Source of the DNA: Candidatus Brocadiia bacterium
Lineage (GTDB): Bacteria; Planctomycetota; PUPC01
DNA length: 64,000 nt
NCBI GenBank assembly: GCA_030605345.1
Contig: JAUWIN010000002.1
Span: 1,672-65,671 of the forward strand
Direction: 5' to 3'
Made by a program: the position numbers and the translations under genes. Shown piece by piece: positions 10,339 to 17,532 of the stretch. The notes beneath the pieces were generated by a model. The model ran no database searches, was not told the DNA's origin, and was given only the letters and a program-made list of their open reading frames with translations. Numbering within the stretch: position 1 is the first letter of the stretch; each line of letters opens with the position of its first letter.

Positions 10339-11024
10339 TGTCCCGGCTGGTAATCGCCTCTGCCCTGTGGCTGGGAATCCTGACCTCCATCAGCCCATGC
10401 CCGCTGGCAACTAATATCGCCGCGGTCTCCTTCATCAGCCGAAGGGTCAGCAGCACGCGCCAAGTCCTCCTTTCAGGCCTGCTCTATACGGTGGGAAGAA
10501 CCGTTACCTACGTGACATTGGGCGTTGTCGTGATAGCCGGCCTGATGGCCAGTGGGGATATCGCCCGGTTCCTCCAGAAGTACCTCAATCAGGTCCTTGG
10601 CCCCGCGCTAATCCTGGTTGGCATGCTGCTGCTGGGGCTTCTCGGATTCACCGGCTCGCTTAGCCTGGCGGGTTCCGGTGTGCAGAAACGGGCCTCCCAG
10701 GGAGGCATCTGGTGGGCGGCCTTTTTGGGCATCCTGTTCCCCCTGTCTTTCTGCCCGGTTTCGGCGGGACTGTTTTTCGGGGGTTTGATCCCGCTGTCCG
10801 CGTCGAACAGATCGAGATTCCTGCTTCCAATGCTCTATGGGATAGGTACGGCACTGCCGGTCATTGTGTTTGCATTCCTGATGGCGTTCGCATCGCAGTA
10901 TGTAGGCCAGGCGTTCAACCGCCTGACCCAGATCGAACGTTGGATACGTGTGATTACCGGCGTCATTTTCATCCTCGTAGGTACCTACTACTGCCTGGCC
11001 CACATCTTCGTCGTGTTCTCGTAG
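10335..11024 (+). CDS. Cytochrome c biogenesis CcdA / DsbD transmembrane-domain family protein
   Basis: ISPCPLATNI first-Cys motif in TM1, 6-TM topology, ~229 aa. Confidence 0.65.
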   Translation: MMSRLVIASALWLGILTSISPCPLATNIAAVSFISRRVSSTRQVLLSGLLYTVGRTVTYVTLGVVVIAGLMASGDIARFLQKYLNQVLGPALILVGMLLLGLLGFTGSLSLAGSGVQKRASQGGIWWAAFLGILFPLSFCPVSAGLFFGGLIPLSASNRSRFLLPMLYGIGTALPVIVFAFLMAFASQYVGQAFNRLTQIERWIRVITGVIFILVGTYYCLAHIFVVFS

Positions 11025-11243
11025 TTCGTGACGGTTGCTTTCGGGGTGCGGTGCGGAAAGACCTGCAGCGCCTGTGGGAACTCATCCGTGGCGAGAAGGA
11101 TGCCTTTCTGAAATATGTGAAGGACGAGACCACGGGCTACCTGCACGCGGCAGGCAAATGACCGAGCTTCTACTTGTCGCAGCATCGCCGTTCTGGTTGG
11201 CAATTCGGTGATGCCTATGACAAGCTCGTTCCCTTCCAGAAGG

Positions 11244-12773
11244 TTATTCGTCAAGCATCTTTTTGGCTTTCCTCAGCTTCTCACTGAACGGGCCTTTTTT
11301 GAACGCTTTGCGCCACTTTCTCACGATGAAATAACCCATCGAGCCGAGCACGTCGTTGCGCCAGTGCCGGTACCAATTGCGCCAGCGGGTGCGGAGGTGC
11401 ACCAACGGCATCATGGCCAGCGGGAAGCGTAGAATCCGCAACACCAGCCCGGACATGCGGCTCAGACGGTAGAAACCGCCCATCAGCGACAGCATCGATT
11501 TCTGCATTTCCTCCGGCGTCAGCGGCGGGTCGGGCACAATGACCGGGAAGTTCCCGTCGTAATACTCCCAGCCGATCTCGCTGTTGGGCAGGACGCGGCC
11601 GGCCTTCTCGAGCCGATCGCGCAATGCGGTCCCGGGTATAGGCACGGGCAGGAGGGCCTGCACGGTGTCCAAGTGGGCTTCGCGGAAGAAGGCACGGAAG
11701 CGTTTGACCCGCTCGGCATTGCTCATGTGGAATTCCACACCGGGGCGCATGGGATATCCGAAGATGAACATACCATGGACAAGGAAGTCATGCCGGTGAT
11801 AGATCCTGGCCAGTTCCGCCATGTCGTCGGCCTTCAGCCGCTTGCCCATGGCGCGGAGTTCCTCGTCGATGGGCGACTCGATCCCGATGGCTACGCACTT
11901 GATGCGACACTCGCGCATAGCGGTCAACAATTCTTCATCGTGAGCGCAGTCCAACCTTATCTGCACGGTAAGGAAGAAACGCAGGCCCATGCTGCTCTGG
12001 TAGTCGCGGAGCATCCGGCAGAAACGCAGTGTCTCGTTGCGGTCCTGGCCGAATTGGTCATCGACTATAAAAAACTCCCGCGCGTGGTGGCTCTCGGCCA
12101 GGTAGCTTACCTGGGCCATCAGGCGTTCCGGTTTGGCGCAGCGTGCCCGGCCCTTCACCGCGCAAAATTCGCAGTTCATCCCGCAGCCGCGGATGCGGCT
12201 TATGGGAAAGAGCTTGAGCTTGGCGAACCGCAGCAGGCCGAAGTCGGGCAGTGGGAGCATATCGAAGTCCTCCAGCGGCGGGCGCGTCGCTGTGCGGAGC
12301 GGGGAACCGTTGTTCATGAATGTTATGCCCGGCACATCCTCCAGGGCGCCCCCCGAGTCCCGCGTATCCAGCAACTCCCGCACGGTTAGCTCGCCCTCGC
12401 CATTGACCACCACGTCCAGCCCGCTGCGCAGCGCATCCTCGGGCAGAGCGTCGAGGTGGTAGCCGCCGCCAATGGTGAAAACGCCGGCTTCCTTGTAGAA
12501 AGAGGCCACGGCGAACAGGCGGGGCACGGTGCAGGAAAGTCCCCCGTAGAACCCCACAACGTCAGCCGGGCGCATCTTCTGGAGTGCCTCGTGGTCCGGT
12601 ATGCCCTCCTCATCCACCGGCGCGGGGAAGCGGTAGTTATTTTCGTCGATGATTTCCACGTCCCAACCGGGCATCTTGCTCACGGAGGTGGCGACGCAGA
12701 TCGGCCCGAGTGCGGTGGTCTTCTTGGCTATGTGGCTGTACACGTTGAAGGCCGGATACTTGGGAATGACCAT
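11244..12773 (-). CDS. B12-binding domain radical SAM protein (class B radical SAM)
   Basis: CGMNCEFCAV CxxxCxxC motif, N-terminal Rossmann-like B12-binding region, ~510 aa; ORF-track start at 12887 (TTG) adds a low-complexity 38-aa extension, so start taken at MVIPKYPAFN. Confidence 0.65.
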   Translation of the reverse strand: MVIPKYPAFNVYSHIAKKTTALGPICVATSVSKMPGWDVEIIDENNYRFPAPVDEEGIPDHEALQKMRPADVVGFYGGLSCTVPRLFAVASFYKEAGVFTIGGGYHLDALPEDALRSGLDVVVNGEGELTVRELLDTRDSGGALEDVPGITFMNNGSPLRTATRPPLEDFDMLPLPDFGLLRFAKLKLFPISRIRGCGMNCEFCAVKGRARCAKPERLMAQVSYLAESHHAREFFIVDDQFGQDRNETLRFCRMLRDYQSSMGLRFFLTVQIRLDCAHDEELLTAMRECRIKCVAIGIESPIDEELRAMGKRLKADDMAELARIYHRHDFLVHGMFIFGYPMRPGVEFHMSNAERVKRFRAFFREAHLDTVQALLPVPIPGTALRDRLEKAGRVLPNSEIGWEYYDGNFPVIVPDPPLTPEEMQKSMLSLMGGFYRLSRMSGLVLRILRFPLAMMPLVHLRTRWRNWYRHWRNDVLGSMGYFIVRKWRKAFKKGPFSEKLRKAKKMLDE

Positions 12774-13634
12774 GCGGAAAATGCGCCGCCTGCTGGCCTC
12801 AGTGATACCGGCCTCAGAATTGCGCCGGCCTTCTCTGGACCCGGATTGAGTTTCATTCATCATCTTGCCTTCCATATCTGAACACAACCGGTAGTTATCA
12901 GCCCTCGCCTTGGTCCTTCATCGTTTCGACTGCCTCCCATCTTATCGCTTCAGCGTCTCAAGTGCAATTCCGCAGAAAGTTGCTTCCGGAACTGCGATGT
13001 GAACGGTGCTGTTGGCCCAAGGCGCACTGCTCGGGAAGGCGCAAGGAAGACCACGCCGAGCTGTTCGACACGACTGGCGAGGCATCCGCAATTCTTGGCG
13101 GCACGTTCTGGGTCCCGCGCAGCAGGTGAACCCTGGGGTTGCCACCTACAACATCTGCAGTCGAGCCGAATTTGTCGCATCACTTCATTCGGAACGGAGC
13201 TGTTAGGCACAGGCACCGGCTGTGTCATCTCAGACCTCGCGGCGTCCTGTAGCGGCGTGATTGGCGCCTTTCCCCTCTGAGCTACGTCATCAGCCGAGCC
13301 GCGTTGAGCTGGCTCAGCGTGATGATTTCCTTCGGGTGGGTGGCCCTCCCACGCTTCCTTTTTATCAGCCATGCCTTTGTCCCAGAGAAAAGGGGCCTTA
13401 CCGGTTGCTACCCCGGACGAGGGCCTGCGACGGCCGGACGCGAGGGTTCACTGGCAGGCGCCTCATGGAAGGAGCATGCCGGGCTATTGCCCCCGTGCCC
13501 TCCGTACGGTCGGACTCTTCGGCAGCGACCAACGCCCAGTCAGGCGAAACTCGGTTGTCGGATACTATGACAGTCTCCCCTTCACATAATGGCAACAAGC
13601 AGTCTTTCTCAGAACTACTGGGCGGCTTGGGGTT

Positions 13635-13663
13635 TTGACACATGTCTCTTTCGCGCGTATCAT
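13635..13663 (+). promoter_or_regulatory. sigma70-like promoter TTGACA-17-TATCAT ~145 nt upstream of TIR gene
   Basis: Read directly: ttgacacatgtctctttcgcgcgtatcat. Confidence 0.4.
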
Positions 13664-13806
13664 GCCCGACAGTTGCATTGCACAACACGTGCATAGAGGA
13701 GAAGAATATCGGCCAAGGGGACAGATGGTCAGTACCAAGACAAGCAGACGCTTCAAAGTGGGCCCCTTATTCCCTGGTGAGCGCCCCCAATTAGAGGGCA
13801 CAAATC

Positions 13807-14745
13807 TTGTCTGACTGTGTACCAAGCGCCGTGACTCAGAAGTGGGATGTCTTCATTTCCCACGCGTCTGAAGACAAGGAGAGCTTTGTACGCCCCTTGG
13901 CTATCGCGCTGCGAAGACTCGACGTTTCGGTGTGGTATGACGAGTTCTCATTGCGGGTGGGCGACAGCATTTCCGGCGCCATCGACAAGGGGCTTGCGGA
14001 GTCCGCGTACGGTCTTGTTGTGATCAGCCGAGCGTTCATTGAGAAGCCTTGGCCCAAGCGCGAACTCCGTGGTCTTGTCACGAGGGAAGTTGGAGGCCGC
14101 AAGGTCATCTTGCCAATATGGCATGGCCTCACGCACAGGGAAGTCATGAAGTTCAGCCCGCCGCTCGCCGACGCGCTGGCAATCGACACTGCCAAGGTAA
14201 GCCCTCAAGATGCAGCAATTCAGATCCTGCAAGTTGTTCGGCCAGACCTCTATAATGGGCACCCACGCTCTCAGCTTGAGAAGTTGGCTACTGGTGAAGC
14301 CATCACAGACCTACAGCGAGAGGTCGAACGAGCCCGCGCAGAACAAGAAGCCTTGCGTGAAGAGCTATCTGAATATCAATGCCCCTACTGTGAAGCGCCG
14401 CTAGCTATCAGGGTCGATGCGCCAGTTGACGAGGAACAGAAGCACTGGGACATGCGCGAGGCCTACGAGTGCGGCTACCAGTGTTTTGGCGGCTCCATGG
14501 AGAGGCCGTGCCCAGCCGACCCGAAGTCCCCGAAGTTCGAAGATTACGAGTTGCGGTTCACCGAGGACCCCGAGGAGCCGAAGTGGTGCTGCCACGCAGT
14601 GCCCAAAACGTATATGGCCCGACTTTTGTGGCTATCATCGGGTTACGGCGCCACAAGGAAGGAAGCGGAACGCTCTGTGCGGGATCAATACAACGCATGT
14701 GCCCGAAGAGCGCGCAAGCAGCCGGGCAACGGTGGAACGCAATAA
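13807..14745 (+). CDS. TIR-domain protein with C-terminal coiled-coil and Cys-rich (zinc-ribbon-like) extension; ThsB-like
   Basis: WDVFISHASEDKESFVRPLAIALRRLDVSVWYDE ... SRAFIEKPWPKRELRGL: canonical bacterial TIR motifs including conserved Glu; TTG start with AGAGGG RBS; C-terminal CPYCEAP...YECGYQCFGG...CPADP...WCCH. Confidence 0.8.
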   Translation: MSDCVPSAVTQKWDVFISHASEDKESFVRPLAIALRRLDVSVWYDEFSLRVGDSISGAIDKGLAESAYGLVVISRAFIEKPWPKRELRGLVTREVGGRKVILPIWHGLTHREVMKFSPPLADALAIDTAKVSPQDAAIQILQVVRPDLYNGHPRSQLEKLATGEAITDLQREVERARAEQEALREELSEYQCPYCEAPLAIRVDAPVDEEQKHWDMREAYECGYQCFGGSMERPCPADPKSPKFEDYELRFTEDPEEPKWCCHAVPKTYMARLLWLSSGYGATRKEAERSVRDQYNACARRARKQPGNGGTQ

Positions 14746-14781
14746 TCTGACGACGGGACCGCAGGTCAGGAGAGAAACGGC

Positions 14782-15948
14782 ATGGTTGCGAGCAAAGCGG
14801 AAAGAGACCTGGTGCTATTCCTCGGTGCAGGCTTTTCGCGCGATGCTGGCCTACCTATCATGAGCGAGTTCGGAGCGAGTTCGAGAAGAGCCTACAGGCG
14901 CTGCAGAATGAAGCAGGACAGACGCGAAATGGGGCCTATTTACGTCAAAGCTGGCGCGGTATTCAGAAAGTTTCAGCAGTTCTGCAGCCGTGGGGGTTCC
15001 GTGCTGAGCATCGACCACGACAATATGGAGGTCGTCTTCTGTGTGGCAGAGGCCCTGCGCCAAACGTTGGGTTCATCAGCGAAGATCCTGCGGTCATACG
15101 GCAGGGATTACACTGCCGCTGAGGTGTATGAACAGATCCAAGTGTGGCTGTGGAAGATGTACCAAGTTAATCCCTTGCCCAGGGATTGGCGGCAGAGCCG
15201 CTACACAACATTCGTGAAAGCGCTGAAGAACGCGAAAGCACCAGAGAAAGTTGCGGTTATAACTACCAACTACGACCTGGTCTTCGAATCATTCGCTTGG
15301 AGAGTGGGGCTGCCGTGCGAGTATGCTGTAGCCAATTCTCGGCGCATATCTGGAGGAGGACGCACTGAATCGTATTTGGCCAGCGGGCCCGGACCCCGCC
15401 CTTTGCTCGTGTGCAAGCTTCACGGCAGCATCAATTATTTCACCGATTCAGGAGAAGACGAACAGCTCTTCATCTGCGACGACGTCCTCAAGAGCGGCGA
15501 CTACGTCACCGAGGATGGTAGAGTCAGGCATGGAGGCACAGAGCGGCCTTGGGTTCTCTCCTTTGACGCGGTAACCCGGCTGCGCAGGAAATACAAGGGG
15601 GATTTCGTGCCCGCCCTCATTCCCCCTACCTACGGTAAGCTGGAGCAATTCGATTGGCTGAGACGCATCTGGAGAAGTGCATTTGATGCACTCAGGTCTG
15701 CCAAGAAGCTTGTATTCATTGGATATAGCATGGCTGAGAGCGATGGTCATTTGCGCGCCATGATACAATCGGCCATGTCCAAGCGCACGCTGGCTAGTCC
15801 GCCCGAGGTCTACGTTTTTGACCCGTCACCTGAAGCGCTGGTGCGGTATCGTCAGTTCTTTGCTCCTCTGAAGTTAGCCTCGGCCCAACACCTCTGGGGT
15901 ATGGATTTCGCAACCACCTGCGACACAAAGCTTCCGGACGTGCTGTAG
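14782..15948 (+). CDS. SIR2-like (SIR2_2 family) NAD-dependent effector-type protein, no SLOG domain
   Basis: LFLGAGFS...GLP N-terminal motif, ITTNYD, CKLHGS (His), VFIGYSMAESD motifs all match SIR2_2/ThsA-N-terminal family; AGGAGAG RBS; 36 bp downstream of TIR gene. Confidence 0.75.
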   Translation: MVASKAERDLVLFLGAGFSRDAGLPIMSEFGASSRRAYRRCRMKQDRREMGPIYVKAGAVFRKFQQFCSRGGSVLSIDHDNMEVVFCVAEALRQTLGSSAKILRSYGRDYTAAEVYEQIQVWLWKMYQVNPLPRDWRQSRYTTFVKALKNAKAPEKVAVITTNYDLVFESFAWRVGLPCEYAVANSRRISGGGRTESYLASGPGPRPLLVCKLHGSINYFTDSGEDEQLFICDDVLKSGDYVTEDGRVRHGGTERPWVLSFDAVTRLRRKYKGDFVPALIPPTYGKLEQFDWLRRIWRSAFDALRSAKKLVFIGYSMAESDGHLRAMIQSAMSKRTLASPPEVYVFDPSPEALVRYRQFFAPLKLASAQHLWGMDFATTCDTKLPDVL

Positions 15949-16235
15949 GGTCGAAATCTTGCGCTGCCGCGAGCGATGTTATTATGGGCAGTGGGACGGG
16001 CGCAGAGCTGCCAAATTCGTCGTTGCTCGCGCCAGTCGGACATGGCCGCGATGTGGCGCAGCTCTTTTTCGGTGACGGGGTCGTGACCGTTGAGGCTCTT
16101 GGGAAGGAAGAGCATGTCTTCCTGGATGTCGGGGGCTAGGAGAAGCAGGTTCATGATTTGCGTTAGTCGTGCGCGGGAGACGTGGCTGAGGCGCGCGAGG
16201 TCGGCGTACTCGCGGCCTTTGCCACACCACCCCAT
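15949..16235 (-). other. Possible remnant ORF carrying a ParB-type helix-turn-helix (LARLSHVSRARLTQIMNLLLLAPDIQEDMLFLP)
   Basis: HTH pattern resembles ParB/Spo0J SRSHVANLLRLLKLP..VQ; ORF is short, lacks the rest of a ParB nuclease domain and overlaps the SIR2 3' end, so likely a degraded mobile/plasmid gene. Confidence 0.2.
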
Positions 16236-16446
16236 TCCAACCAGGGTTGTTAACCGGAACGCTCTCGCCGGGTGAGAGTCCGAGAGCCTTCGGCTTTTCG
16301 GCCAGACGTGGCGGGATTCCGGTTAACTGAAAGAGAGAATCGCGGCGCGCCATACAGTAGAAGTCGTTCTGGCGACTTCACTGTATGTTGACGCCATCAG
16401 GTGAAGCAAGTGGCGCGAGCTTCTACTTTGGGAAGGGGAGAGGCGG

Positions 16447-16713
16447 TCAATCGGGCTGGCCTGATGCGTTGAAGAACTCCCGCAGCATGAGCTTCAGAGC
16501 TCTCTTGCCCGCGGTCTTCTTGAAGTATTTCTCGCGACGTTCCGCATCTTTGCGATTGCTAAATGCCTCGTAGAAGATCAGCCTGACGGGCCTTCGGCCC
16601 TTCGTGGACGCGACCTGCCCTTTCCTGTGACGCTCCACCCGTTTCTTCAAATCGGAGGTGTAGCCGGTGTAGAGCTTCCCATCGCCACAAAGAAGCACAT
16701 AGACATAATACAC
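16447..16713 (-). CDS. GIY-YIG nuclease family small protein
   Basis: MYYVYVLLCGDGKLYTGYTSDLKKRVERHRKG...: GIY-YIG catalytic motif and conserved Arg/His, 88 aa. Confidence 0.7.
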   Translation of the reverse strand: MYYVYVLLCGDGKLYTGYTSDLKKRVERHRKGQVASTKGRRPVRLIFYEAFSNRKDAERREKYFKKTAGKRALKLMLREFFNASGQPD

Positions 16714-16831
16714 AGGGAAGGCACCAGCCGGTTTTGGAGGATACGCAGGCCCCCCTGTAGTGGAAACTCGCTACGCTCGGTTCACTGCAGGGCATCGCCA
16801 TACAGTGAAGCCGCCCGCGGCATCTACTGTA

Positions 16832-16918
16832 TGGCTCCTCGGGTAGGACTCGAACCTACAGCCTAGCGGTTAATCCGCCTCCGGCGGACCGCTCTACCAA
16901 TTAAGCTATCGAGGAAAC
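16832..16918 (-). tRNA. tRNA gene, class II (long variable arm); anticodon tentatively GGA (Ser) with encoded CCA
   Basis: Minus-strand cloverleaf readable: U8, D-loop A14/G18G19/A21, anticodon stem GTCCG/CGGAT, T-arm GTAGG-TTCGAGT-CCTAC, 7-bp acceptor with one mismatch, G73, CCA; anticodon loop CCGGAGG is atypical (C33). Confidence 0.6.
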
Positions 16919-17052
16919 TGGCACACCATGGAATATACGGAACGCGGCGGGTTGTGTCAGCCTCGCGCGCGGTCCGACATCGTGGACGGTGCCGCTTGAA
17001 CCGTCCGGTTCGTCGGCGGTATAATCTTCACACCGAAGAAGGACTTGCAGGG

Positions 17053-17532
17053 ATGATGCAGAAACTCCAAACGTTGATCTGCTATGCCATCGTTCTGGTG
17101 GTGCTTGTTGTTCTCTATTATATTGCCACGAGTTTCGCCGTGGCGATTGTGGACGAAAAGTTCACCCGCATGGAGCCGACGCTCGAATCAGGGGGCACGT
17201 ATTTCCTCGACCGGCGCAGTTCGACAGTAACGTCACTGAGCCGGGATGATTTGATTGCTTACAAAATAATGCATAAGCAAAAAACCAAGCGTATGTTCGG
17301 CCGGGTGCTTGCGCTGCCGGGAGCAACGGTGCGGGTCAGTGACAAAAAACTCCTGGTGAACGGCGATGAAACGGCGAACGCTCCCCGCAGCATCAGCACG
17401 CTGAAGACGGGACTGCTTGTGCCCAGGGATACGGTACTGGTCGGTTTCGACTCACAAAAACGCGGCAGAATCTCCCTGTCGCAGCGGCTCGTGCCTTATC
17501 GCAGTATCATCGGGCGGGTGATAGGCAAATGA
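17053..17532 (+). CDS. lepB: Signal peptidase I (S26 family)
   Basis: TM anchor then FTRMEPTL (catalytic Ser box) and later boxes; start moved to MMQKL, ORF-track N-terminal 33 aa are Arg-rich non-conserved. Confidence 0.65.
   Translation: MMQKLQTLICYAIVLVVLVVLYYIATSFAVAIVDEKFTRMEPTLESGGTYFLDRRSSTVTSLSRDDLIAYKIMHKQKTKRMFGRVLALPGATVRVSDKKLLVNGDETANAPRSISTLKTGLLVPRDTVLVGFDSQKRGRISLSQRLVPYRSIIGRVIGK

Noticed and set aside
13261-13638. 125-aa and nearby 88-140-aa ORFs in the ORF-poor stretch upstream of the TIR gene (including minus-strand ORF ending ~13372 beginning MADKKEAWEG)
   Set aside because: No motifs, no convincing RBS, mutually overlapping on both strands; treated as non-coding pending homology search.
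12888-13700. Direct repeat of the tRNA 3' end (att site) at the far side of the island
   Set aside because: By eye I could not find a copy of the tRNA 3' segment (…ggactcgaacc…) in 12.9-13.7 kb; cannot exclude a short (<15 nt) or diverged repeat without computation.
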